The notes below the pieces were generated by a model. The model was not told where the DNA came from. It saw only the letters and a program-made list of their open reading frames with translations, and did no database searches. Below are positions 23,981 through 35,875 of a stretch of DNA of 64,000 bases, piece by piece. A program made the position numbers and the translations under genes. How positions within the stretch are numbered: position 1 is the stretch's first letter; each line of letters starts with the position of its first letter. The DNA is from Centroscyllium fabricii (taxonomy: Eukaryota), in NCBI GenBank assembly GCA_051313645.2, contig JBNRSN020000012.1, positions 150,598,001-150,662,000 on the forward strand, read 5' to 3'.

Positions 23981-26900
23981 ATGTCTTCAAGGAACCAAGC
24001 TTCTCGAACCCAAGGACTTGGCCAGAACTTCGGGCACAGACTTACCCTACCGGAGTTCTGGGAGCAACGCCCAGCGGCCTGGTTTATGTGCATAGAAACC
24101 AGCTGCCGCACACACGGCGTCCAGGGGGATGACCGCTACGACTTGGTCTTTTCGGCCCTACCGCAATCGACGATCGATCGGATGTGGTCAAAGCTACAGC
24201 GTGTGCCCACAGCAGGCAGGTATGAGTTACTCAAGGCCGCGCTTCTAAAAAAATTTACCCCCTCCCAATTCGAGCGCGACTGCCAGCTCCTTAACTTCCC
24301 CGAACTCGGGGACGCAGACCCATCGGACCTTTGGGGTCAAATGCAAGCGCTCACCGCAGACCCCGCCTCCCTGTTCCGCACCATATTCCTCCTTAAACTA
24401 CCCCGCTCCATCAGACCGGCCCTGGTGACCCTCTGCCACCGGAGCGGGGACGAGCTAGCCGAGGAAGCCGACAGGCTCATGGCGGCCGAGCGCACCCGCT
24501 CCACCACGTGCGACACCAACGCCGCATCCATTTAGCACAACCACTCGCCCCCCAGGTCCAACCCAACGCCTGAACCCAGGGCCCCGCGCCCACCCAGGCA
24601 ACCGCATCCATCAAGCACCGGCTGGTGCTACTACCACACGCGGTTCGAAAATAAAGCGCACCGCTGCGTACAGCCCTGCGCATTTAAGCCACGGCCCGTC
24701 CCAGCCCCCACTATGTCTGTAGGACACACAGGAGCACTGCTCTTTGTCACAGACAGCGGCACAGGCCTCCGGTTCCTCTGCGACACAGGCGCACAGCACA
24801 GCATCGTGCCAGCCTCCCCAGCAGAAGCCAAACAAGGCACCCGGGGCCCGCCACTCGCAGCGGCCAACGGCTCTAATATAAAAACGTACAGCACCCGCAA
24901 GCTCACTATCAAGCTCGCCGGCCACACGTATCACTGGGACTTTGTCACAGCCCAGGTCACTTCACCCCTCCTCGGGGCAGATTTCCTCTGCACCCACGGC
25001 CTGCTGGTCGACATGACCCGGCGCCGCCTGGTCGACATTAACAACATGTCGACCATCCCATGCACCACAGGGCCCGCACTCCTGGCCCACGCGGCGGCAG
25101 AATGCCGCTCCCGGAACTCTGACGCATATGGCACGCTCCTCGCAGAGTTCCCCACCCTTACCAACCCCACGTTCACCGCCCGCACGGCCAAACACGGGGT
25201 AGAACATTTTATTACCACCTCCGGCCCTCCCGTGCATGCCCACGCCCGCAGGCTGGACCCGGCCAAACTGGAGATCGCGCGCACCGAGTTCCGCACCATG
25301 GAGCAACTCGGCATAATCCGCCGCTCCAACAGCCCCTGGGCCTCTCCCCTCCACATCGCCCCCAAGCCGGGCGGGGGTTGGCGCCCCTACGGCAACTACC
25401 GCCGCCTAAACAACGCCACCACCCCGGATAGGTACCCCGTACCCCACATCCAGGATTTCTCCGCCCGACTAGCAGGCTGCACGATCTTCTCTAAGATCGA
25501 CCTGGTGCGTGGCTACCACCAGGTCCCGGTGCACCCGGCGGACATCCCCAAAACAGCCGTTATTACCCCCTTCGGCCTCTTCGAGTTCCTTAGGATGCCC
25601 TTCGGACTCAAAAACGCGGCCCAGGCCTTTCAGCGCCTCATGGACTCGGTCCTACGGGACTTGAAGTTCATTTTCGTCTACTTGGACGACATCCTCGTGG
25701 CCAGCACCTCCCCCCAGGAACACCTCCTGCACCTCAGGACCCTGTTCCAGCGCCTGGTCGAACACGGCCTCATATTAAGCCCCTCAAAATGCAAATTCGG
25801 CCTTGAGACCATAGACTTCCTCGGCCACCGCATTGCCAAAACCGGGGCCATACCCCTGCCCTCCAAGGTGCAGGCAGTTCAGGAATTCCCCCGCCCGCAC
25901 TCCATTAAGGGGCTGCAGGAATTCCTCGGGATGGTTAATTTTTATAACCGCTTCATCCCAGGAGCAGCCGCCCTCATGGCACCCCTATACCAGGCCACAC
26001 GCGGGCAGTCCGGCAAAACTGCGGTCGAGTGGACGGCCGATGCCACCACCGCCTTCACCGTAACCAAAACCGCCCTGGCCAACGCCACCCTACTAGCCCA
26101 CCCCAGGCCCAACGCCAGAGTGGCACTCACCACTGACGCCTCCGACCACGCTGTCGGGGCCGTTTTTGAACAGTGGACCGGCAACTCTTGGCAGCCCCTG
26201 GCCTTTTTCAGCCGGCAACTTCGGCCCCCAGAGATTAAGTACAGCGCCTTCGACAGGGAGCTCCTCGCTCTCTACCTCGCAGTGCGCCATTTTCGCTTCC
26301 TCTTGGAGGGCCGTCCCTTCACAGCCTTCGTCGACCACAAGCCACTCATCTTCGCGATGGCTAAGGTCGCCGAACCCTGGTCTGCCAGGCAGCAGCCCCA
26401 GCTCGCGGCCGTGTCGGAGTTCACTACCGACATCCAGCATATCTCCGGCCGCGACAACGTGGTTGCTGACTGCCTATCACGTCCCGCAATTAACGCCGCC
26501 CAAATGGCGGTCGATTACACCAAGCTGGCAGCAGACCAGCTGGCCGACCCAGACCTGCTCGACCCAGCAGCAAACCTCCCTGGCCTACAGTTGGCCAAAA
26601 TCGCACATGGCCCCGCTGCCACCGTCGTCTGCTGCGACGTTTCCCTACCGCAGCCCAGACCCGTCGTCCCCCGCGCATGGAGGCGACACATTTTCGAAAC
26701 CCTCCATGGCCAGTCCCACCCCGGCACCCGCGCGTCCATTAAACTAATTTCGGCCCGTTTCGTGTGGCGCGGCCTGCGCAAAGATGTCCGCGCCTGGACC
26801 AACTCCTGCATTGCCTGCCAGCGCTCCAAAGTGCACAAGCACATCAGGGCACCGCTGGAAACCTTCACCGTGCCGGCCAGACGCTTCGACCACGTCCACA

Positions 26901-27805
26901 TCGATCTCGTCGGGCCACTACCGCCATCCCAGGGCCACACACACGTCATGACCATGGTCGACCGCAACACCCGCTGGTCAGAAGCAGTCCCCCTCGTTGC
27001 TACCAGCACAACAGACTTGGCCAGGGCGTTCATCGCCACCTGGGTCGCCCGTTTCGGCGTGCCCACCGACATCACATCGGACAGAGGACCCCAGTTTACG
27101 TCAGCACTATGGGCGGCCATCGCCCGCGACCTCGGGGTAACTCTACATCGAACCACCGCATACCACCCACAATCTAACGGGCTCTGCGAACGGTTCCACC
27201 GCTCCATGAAAGCATCCCTGCGGGCCAGCCTCAAAGACGCATCATGGACCGACAGTCTCCCATGGGTACTACTCGGACTGCGCTCGGCAGTCAAAGAAGA
27301 CCTAAACGCCTCGGCAGCAGAACTCGTCTACGGCCAAACTTTAACAGCGCCGGGCGAATTCCTCGCCGAGCCAAACGCTCCCTGGTCGGCCGACCAGTTC
27401 CTAAAAGACTTTGCCAACCCGGCACGAGCGTTCAAACCCATACCAGTGGCCCGGCACGGAGAGCCGGCGGCACGTGCACCGGACGGCATTAAAAACGCCA
27501 AGTACATGTTCGTCCGGCACGACGCCCATCGCTCGCCACTGCAACCGACCTACGACGGTCCCTACAGAGTGCTTCGGGCGGGAACTAAAGCTTTTCAATT
27601 ACAGCTGGGCAACAGAACAGAAACTGTCTCTATAGACCGGCTAAAACCGGCACACGTGATAGCGGGTGACGCAACAGTCCCCGCCCAACCACCTCAACGC
27701 GGACGCCCTCCCGCACCAACACCCGCCCACACTCCACCGCAGAACAAGGAGCTGCGCACGACACGTGCCGGCCGCACCTTACGGCCACCACAACGCTACA
27801 CATAG
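23981..27805 (+). pseudogene. gag-pol: single-frame gag-pol with one premature TAG (24533-24535)
   Basis: ORFs 23981-24535 and 24713-27805 are in the same frame, and the gap reads open through WCYYHTRFENKAHRCVQPC; PR, RT (YLDD), RH and IN all present. Confidence 0.93.
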
Positions 27806-27844
27806 ACTCTTTTATCCTCTCAGACGGATTCTGTGGGGGAGCTG

Positions 27845-28082
27845 TGTGGCGGCACACCAAGACTAACGAATCCGCCTCGAGAGCTGCGGGGCATAGCCCC
27901 GCCCATCGGGTGACGTGATGACGTCACCACATCCCTCGGCGTGATGAGGTCACTAAAGCGGGTCTTTTAAATAAGCCTGCTCCTCGTGTTTCAGTCTCTT
28001 CCTTCCTTACTGTAATGTAATAAACAAGTGTTTTTCTGTCTCTCTGGCTCCCGCGTGGTTCTTGGGTCCTGTAAGTGCTACA
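27845..28082 (+). repeat. 3' LTR of copy B
   Basis: Preceded by PPT GGGGGAG. Confidence 0.95.
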
Positions 28083-29545
28083 ACAGGGCAGTTAATGTCC
28101 TGAATGATTGCTTCCTCCAAGTATTCACCAGTGTAAACATGAACAACCTGCCCTCCCCAGGCAAAGACAACCTAAGCAGAATGAATGACTGATAAAATGG
28201 AATTGTTAGACCGGTTAAGAGGGCTCAAAACAAATGGTTAGATGGCATTTATCCCAGAGTGGTAAGCGAGACAAGGGAGGAGATTTGTGAGGCACTGATG
28301 GTCATTATAAGCGGGGGTCACTGGACCCTAGAGAGGTACCAGTACACTAGAAATAGGTTACAGTGGTGCTCATTTTCAAAAGGGGTAACAAAGCAAGCTA
28401 CAGCTTCATTGTTCTCACTTCAGTACTATGTAAAATAATAGAATTGATTATCAGGAGGATTACCTGTATAATACCACAGTAATATCAATCACCACAGATT
28501 CAGAAAGGGAAGATCCAGCATGACTGACCTCCTTACCTTTTTTGAGGGTGTGACATCCCAAGTGGATTGTGGAAAGCCTGACAACACGCTATACCCGGAC
28601 CTTCATAAGGGACTTGGCAAAGTTCCACACGAAAGGCTATCAGTTAGCTTAAAATATTAAAGTTCCAGAGTAAATCTTGGGATTAGAAAAGAAATAGGCT
28701 TAAGGGTAGAAAAGAACAGGTACTTAGAGCAGCTAAGTTGAGGGGAAACTCTGAATGGGGTGCCCTTGGGACCAGTATTTGGACCATTACTGTTACTAAT
28801 TTATTGTAATGACTTGAACTCAGCAATTCAATGGAAATCTGCCAAAGTTACACATGATACAAACCAAGGAGGGGCAGAAATTACGAAATGCGTTGGACAA
28901 AATATGTATGTTGGCAGTTAAATGGCAGATTAAATTTAATGCAGACAAGTGTAGAGTGCAGCAACAGGAAGGAAAAGTGCGCCTCACACGTACTCCAAGA
29001 ATGATGTTGAAATAGCTGAGGATGAAGTTAAAGAGACCTAGGGAGAAAAATTCGGTTGGTTGCGCCACCCGTTAGCGCCCTAGGAGGGTGCTAATAGGGG
29101 TGCAAAGCAACTAGCACCCGGGCGCGGCGAGTTTAGCGCCGCTCGGCAAATTGACTAGGCGCTCGGTGGCGGCGTTAAACATTAGCATGCGATCTCCTGC
29201 GCATGTAGATCTTGACATAATTCGAGAGTGCAACGCCCTTGGGGCGCCCCAAACCGGAAATTGAGTGGTGCCCCTCTGCTTTCCGCCCTGCGCTACCAAT
29301 GACAGGTAGACTGGAATGCATTCCAATCGCTGTGGGGCTGGGGGGGCGCTATTTAAAGCCTCTTCCTGGATTTGGTGTGGGAGCCTTTTTTGCACCACTC
29401 AGTCGGAGAGAGAGAGAGAGTTGCAGAGAGAGAAAGAGAGACTTCTTCTTTGACTCAATGCTGTCTGAGGTACTTTGGGCCTCTGCTCATAACTTTTCAG
29501 GTACTGTTGGCTTTTGGCCTTCACTACTTTGCTTGCCTCGAGACT

Positions 29546-30600
29546 ATGGGAGCTGCAATGGATGGAGGTGTCATCCTGCTCTATCACATTCGCAGGGCAC
29601 AGAGACGCCGAGAGAGAGTAGCAATTATGGCCAGGTGGAAGAGGGCCAACAGGCATCTGCAAAGGAGACCTTACGCTCCCAGGGTATTCCGCCAGCAATT
29701 CTCTGAGCTAATATGTCTGAGGAGCAGTGTTTGCGCAGGCTGCCCTTCAGGAAGGAGGTGGTCACTGAGCTCTGCCACCTGCTTCAGCCAGACCTGCAGC
29801 CTCAACTGAGGACCAGGATGTCTCTGTCGGTGGCAGTGAAGCTAACTGTGGCTTTCAACTTTTATGCCACCAGCTCATTTCAGGCAGCTACTGGGGACAT
29901 AGCTAATATCTCCCAGTTTGTGGCATTGCTGCATCCGTCAGGTGACAAATGCACTCTTTAAAAGGAGGTGAGAGTATATATTGTTCCCCATGACCCCGGA
30001 CAAGCAGCGAGATCGCAAAATGGGCTTTGCGAGGATAGCGGGATTCCCCATGGTGCAGGGCACCATTGACTGCACGCATGTGGCTTTGCATGCTCCACAT
30101 GAGAATGCCAAGGATTTCCGCAACACAAAGGGCTTCCATTCCCTAAACGTGCAGTTGGTGTGTGACCCACTATCCAGGCAGCAGCCACGATGCCTTCATA
30201 CTGCACCAGACTTCTGTGGCAGACCTCTTCCAGGCACCGCATCACCCAGGTGGCTGGCTTCTTGCTGACCTGGGATATCCTCTGAGCCCCTGGCTGATGA
30301 CACCACTCCGTATGCCCAACACCCCTGCTGAGCAGCGATATGAGAGCCATCAGCCTACCAGGAACATAATTGAGCACACAATCGGCGTGTTGAAACAACG
30401 GTTCTGCTGTCTGGACCATTCTGGAGGAGCCCTCCAGTACTCGCCTGAACGAGTCTCCCACTTCATGGTTGTGTGCTGCATGCTGCATAATATTGCTATC
30501 CTCAGGGCACAGCCAATGCATCACCAGAGGAGGAGGAAGATGATGAGGGGGAGGATCATCAGCAGCACCAAGGCGGGAGGGATGTGGAAAGTGGAAGGGC
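29546..30600 (+). pseudogene. HARBI1-like Harbinger transposase (frameshifted)
   Basis: GFPMVQGTIDCTH, KGFHSLNVQLVCD, PGSSHD, LLADLGYPL, RNIIEHTIGVLKQRF and CCMLHN motifs. Confidence 0.93.
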
Positions 30601-30604
30601 CGTC

Positions 30605-33600
30605 TGTTGAGTCCGCGCTATGTGTCTCATAGAATAACGGACTAGACTTCAGTGTATGAAACAAGGAGGTGTTTATTCTCCAATTACAGAGTATGGAACG
30701 TGAACTGAAACTGAACATATCGCTCCACGCACAAACTAGTGGTTGGCCGAAGTACTACAGTATTATGGCACCACATAAAGTAGTGCCCAGCATAATAACT
30801 TAAAGGCACATACACAACATTCCTCCCTTCTTAATTCAATTGTACAGGTACGATGATAAGTACACAAGGGGGTACAACAGTTAACTTTTGTTACATACAT
30901 TGTTCGGTGCCAGTTAGTCTCTTACAACCATGAACGTACATTTATCACCTTGCTTATGAGTTCCATTTCTTTTCAATCTTCGTCACACAGTCCCTTTCTT
31001 AACAACATTGTACATCAACTCTATACATTTTTAACAATTTTAACATTTTAACGATTTCTAGTTTTTCTACGATGGTGTTTCTTTGCTTTCGCGGTCGGCT
31101 CCTTGACCTGATGGCCTTGCTCCTCAGCTGTCCCAAACAACAACCCCAGCTTCCCGAGTTCAGCATTCATGCAGTCGAGTTTCATTTCAACCTCAACTTT
31201 ACCTTCCGACAATAGCACTTTCTCCTGCTCCATTACAGCCAGTTCCTCCTGAAGTCCATCAACCTCTTCAATTGACTGTTTAAAAAGGTTCTGCACTGCT
31301 AGCAGGTTCTTTTCAGTCTCTTGCTGCTTGACTATTGCAACCAAGCACTTTTCTTCCAAGTCAGTGGAGAGCTGCTCCAACTTGCTCTCAGTCAGTTGCT
31401 TTAGAGCTCAACTGTATATGAAGATCCTTAATTTGTTCATTGGCATCATCCAAATAATCTTGCAGTGCTCTGTTCTTTTCACGCAACTCCTGTATCAGAG
31501 CATGAAGTTTGTCCATTTCCTGGTGCATCTCCTCCAGTGACTCATTTCTGTCTTGCAATGCAGCCACTGTAACTTTGGAGGTTTGTAGCTCAGCTTGCAG
31601 ATATTTCACTTGACCTTCAGAACTAATCTGGAGACAACTGATCTCCTTATCCTTGACATCAGTCTTATCGTTCAATTCAAGTTTGGGTATATCAGAAGCA
31701 GAGCCACCATCAGGGACTGAGCAACTTTCTGAAGCAGCAGTCCTATTGGAAATCACAGGAAGGTTATTTAGAAGACCCTTCTTTTTATTAACGTTCTTCC
31801 CAGATTTAGAGTCGACTACTGGGCTCTGAGTACTGTTAGCCAAGTCCTTGCCGCCCCTTTGTGTGTCTGGGGTGCTTGCCGATATCAGTGATGGAGGTGC
31901 GTAACTCAGTCCAGCACCATAAGGCAACGTGCCGTCTTTTGGTTCAGCCAATTCGGCACCAACGGTCACGTTACTCAAAGTCTCTCCTTCAGTTGTCTGA
32001 AGTGCTTCGTTCAAGCATGATCGGTTGTGTTGATACTCCCACTCACTTTGTGCAGTCCGCAACAATTCAATTTGGTCTCGGGCTTCCTGCAGCCCCTGAG
32101 TCAGACGGGAAATATGCATCTGGTGTATATCCAGTCTGTCCAACGTGGCTGCATCATTTTCCTCAACCTCTATGGGTAAGTCATGGATTGAGTTCCAACC
32201 AATATGGATCTTTTTTATCCATTTACGCCCCAGGAGTAGTGATCCCCCGCTCTTCGAAACATACAGATACAGTCCCTTTACTTTCTTGTCCTTATATTGG
32301 ACTGTTACAGGCAGTCTCCCCATTGTCCGGAACTTCTGTCCCATATATGTTTTCAAAATAACCGGGAATTCTTCTAAAGGTACACCTCTGAATGCCTGTC
32401 TCTTAAGTGGTTTGGCAGTTCATCCCCAAATACACAGTTTTTAGACAGTCTTCTGAGTTCCGTTAGGTACTCTGACTGTGACTCTCCTTTTTGTTGGTCC
32501 CGTTTAAAGAACTTGAAGCGTTCTGCTATAAATGATGGTTTGGGGTTTAAGTTTGCTTTTAAAATGTCTATGATCTGTTGTAGCGTTTTGTCCACTGGCT
32601 TATCTGGGGACACCAGGGTTCTCATCAGTGACTGCCTGTACTTGGCAATAAAAGTCAAAGCGTTCTCGGTATGCCTCCCAGTCTTCCTTTTCTAGTTGGA
32701 AGGCCCCAAATGTTTCTGATTTTGCCATGGTTAAATTTCCCAATGGCGTCCAAAATGGCATCTTTTCCCACCTTTTTGCTTCTCTTCCGGCGCTTTTCCC
32801 GCCTCAAAATGGCATTTTCCTGCCTTTTTGTTTCTCTTCCGGCGCTTTTCCCACCTCAAAATGGCGTTTTTCCGGCCTTTTTCTTTCCTTCCCCACTGAG
32901 TTTCCAATTACCCGCGATCGCTGGGAAGGATTGCGCTCTACCTGCACTCGCCCGTTGTCCTTTGGCTGGAGGACCACACCTGATCCTCGACAGCCTCCGT
33001 GTACGACTGCCTCTGCCACGTTGGCTCTCCGCTGTCGATGCCCGACGTCAGACTGCTGCTGCCGTTGCCTGCCCCTCGGCCGACGCCCGATGTCCGACTG
33101 CCGCTGCAGCACTGGCCCTGCCTCGAGGTCGACGTCCGATGTCCGACAGCCGTTGCTGGGCTGGGTCCCCGCGTTCTGCGGCCTACCTGCCGTTGCTGGG
33201 CTGGGTCCCCGGTTTCTGCTGCCTTCTGCTGCCGACGCTATTGCCAACGCTTCTCCCGCGATGTTGAGGAGCTGGCTGTGCTGATAGTGCCAACGCCACT
33301 CCCGATGTTGGAGTGCTGGCTGTCTCTGTTCCCTCTGCGTCACTGGAGAATCGCTGCCATTCCCTCTTTTGGAGTGCAGGGTGTGTCGTTGCAGTCGACA
33401 GTCGCCGGTAAGAAAAAAATAATCTTTCTTTTTCTTGTTGACCGATTACACTGCTGTGGATTCGACCGACCTCATCGCCATTGTTGAGTCCGTGCTATGT
33501 GTCTCATAGAATAACGGACTAGACTTCAGTGTATGAAACAAGGAGGTGTTTATTCTCCAATTACAGAGTATGGAACGTAAACTGAAACTGAGCATATCGC

Positions 33601-33706
33601 TCCACACACGAACTTATATACACTAGTGGTTGGCCTAAGTACTACAGTATTATGGCACCACATAAAGTAGTGCCTAGCATAATAACTTAAAGACACATAC
33701 ACAACA
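30605..33706 (-). mobile_element. non-autonomous Mag-like LTR element (Gag-PR-coiled coil, no RT/RH/IN), internally deleted
   Basis: LTRs 30605-30819 and 33482-33706; TSD CCGTC; PBS TGGCGATGAGG (tRNA-Ser-like); PPT AAGAAGGGAGGAA. Confidence 0.9.
31048..32728 (-). pseudogene. gag remnant, protease C-terminal half and long coiled-coil tail
   Basis: EDWEAYRERF, PDKPVDKT and IAERFKF gag motifs; LKTY..LLLGRKW protease end; heptad-rich E/Q/L/K tail; an ACTG duplication near 31390 explains the ORF split. Confidence 0.8.
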
Positions 33707-34045
33707 CCGTCCATCAAAGGCTCACAGCAAGCGACTTCTAGGTGTCTGGTGAGGAAAAGACCTCTGCCATTGAGAACAACCTGAATGAAACCAACCCGCT
33801 ACCCCTAAGCAGGTCAAAGCATCAATGATGGCAAACACCAAACATGTCCATTTTGAATAAAAACAAGCCTTTATTTGACAAACTGTCAGCTTTCTGAATG
33901 CAAAATAATAGAAATAAACCCCAAAAAAACAGTCATTAACATAACTGGCTCTCACAACCTGGAGATTATGCCCAAAACAGTAAAACACTTGTGACCATGA
34001 ACCTCAGCCTCTAAGAAAACAATGAACAACCTTTATTCACACCTC

Positions 34046-35875
34046 CTACTTTTTGCTGTTTGATGGTGATCTCCTTCCCTTGTGCACTTCCCCCCTTCCC
34101 ACTCTACTGCTCCTCCGTAATGGGAACCCAGTGGCTGCAGCAAGGCTGGTGGAAGGCTGCTGATTCTCCGACCCTGAAACTGCCGATGTCTTCGAAGGTC
34201 GTCCTCGATCAGCTCTGGGCCTGGAGGGCCCGGCTGCAGACTGCTCCAACTCTGCATGGGTGGCAGCAGTCTGTCCTACAGGTGGGGGCAAGTGCAGTGG
34301 AGAAGTGACAGTGGTGGCAGCAGGAATGCTGTCATCTTGAGAGAGGACAGCACCTCCCTGCTCGAACAACACACTGGCACTCCCACGGGCCCATCATCCG
34401 GAGCAATCTGCTCGAGCACAGAATGCTGGCCTGCTGCGGCGCGTTGAGAGCCCCGGGTAATTGTGTCCAAACTAGACAGGATGACAGCAGTCAGTGCTCG
34501 CATGGCCTCAATGAGCATGCCAGCAGCCACTGACTGCATTGCAGCACTAAGCATCTGCATGGCATCTCCCTGTGCTGCAGCGAAGTGCTCCAGACTCCTT
34601 GCCATTAACTCCATGGATTCAGGCAACCTTCCCACTGCACCCATGAGCTCAGTGTGCCTTTGCCGTGTCTTGGCACTCATTTCAGCGAGGATCTGCTCCT
34701 CCTCTGCGGTCAGTGCAGCAGGAGTCGATGACCCACTCTCCCTCCGGGGAGAAAGCTCCCGAGTTTCCCTCCCCCCATCACATTGCTGCAGGCCGCTGGG
34801 GCCTGGAGCATCCCTCTCATCAGACCATTCCCCCCTGCTCCCCTCCAGGGAAGGCGTATTCCCAGTGTGGGCATGGGCTTCCTCGGGAAAGGGTGGCGGT
34901 GATGCCCCGGCTTCCTCTTCCTCCTCATCTTCAGCTTCCCTCCCACTGGCAGCTTGAGGGCCCGTCTCCTCACCTGGTGAATCACCATCTGAAAGCAGGG
35001 AGGTACAAGAGTGGCTTTAGTGTGAGGACAGGGTGGCAGAAAGGGAGCAATGAGTGCAGCCAAATAGTTATTTGGATGGAAAGTGACAAAGGCTGGTGTT
35101 GTGAAGAACAAGAGGAAGGAGAGAGGACAAGAAGGTGATGACCTCACCATTGCTGTCCAGAACAGGGTCAGTATCTCCAGTGGCAACGGGAACAGTCACC
35201 CGGCTTCCCATCGTCCACTGAACACGCAGCTCCAAATCGCTGAGGGGTTGGAGCTGAGGCCACACTCCACCCATCCGTTGCTGTTGTTGCCCATTGTGCG
35301 ACAGTTTGGCCTGCAAGAAAAAGGACGGCGTCTGAGCAAAAAGACAGCAATGATGTAATCTGATGTGCCTCCCACGGTTGAATAGCCCTTCCAATGTGCA
35401 GCATTGATGTAATCTGATGTGCCTCCCATGGTTGAATAGCCCTTCGAATATACAGCAATTATGTAATCTGATGTGCCTCCCATGGTTGAATAGCCCTCAC
35501 TGCATGCAAAGTGTGGAATGTGCGTGTCTCTTTGATAAAAGGGACATAGGTGCTGAATGAGCGTTGGCATTGGGGTTTTAGAGCCTCTGGCCACAGAGTG
35601 AGTTTGAGATGGAGAGATGTTGACAGGAAGCCACTCACCCTGACAACCCTAGTGAGGTCGTTGAACTTTTTCCTACATTGGATGTGGGTCCAGGGGACCT
35701 TGCTCCTGGAGGTAACGAGTTGAGCCACCTCCCTCCACACTCTTCTGTATTCGCGTGGCACAGGTCTCCTGCCACTCTCTGGGAAGAGAAGCGCTCTTCT
35801 ATGCTCCACTGCGCCAACCAGAACCTCCAAGGCCCGCTCGGTGAAATGCTGCGCTCGCTCCCTGGTCCTCTCCAT
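34046..35875 (-). pseudogene. Harbinger Myb/SANT (NAIF1-like) DNA-binding gene, 3 exons: 35875-35639, 35310-35148, 34988-34046
   Basis: FTERALEVLV..VWREVA..QCRKKFNDL; GT-AG introns with matching phases 0 and 1; acidic region follows; probable frameshift near 34370. Confidence 0.85.
35345..35500. repeat. three 54-bp tandem units in intron 1 of the Myb/SANT gene
   Basis: Units start at 35345, 35399 and 35453. Confidence 0.9.

Larger units (their letters stand above)
23652..28082 (+). mobile_element. CsRn1-like Ty3/Gypsy LTR retrotransposon, copy B (near intact)
   Basis: 238-bp LTRs 23652-23889 and 27845-28082 (4 differences); TSD ACTG/ACAG; tRNA-Trp PBS; PPT; CHCC motif. Confidence 0.95.

Noticed and set aside
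24533-24535. Programmed stop-codon readthrough between gag and pol
   Set aside because: Copy A has GAG at this codon and the stop precedes the CHCC domain, so a nonsense mutation is simpler
26515-27294. Long antisense or alternate-frame ORFs over GC-rich pol regions (also 8246-8785 and 15318-16019)
   Set aside because: Expected shadows of GC-rich codon usage; not kept at equal length between copies A and B
31048-32100. Host coiled-coil gene exon (golgin/myosin-like)
   Set aside because: In frame with a retroelement protease and enclosed by LTRs with a TSD; a host donor remains possible but cannot be identified
29546-35875. Domesticated host HARBI1/NAIF1 genes
   Set aside because: Both lie between TIRs with a TSD and carry frameshifts
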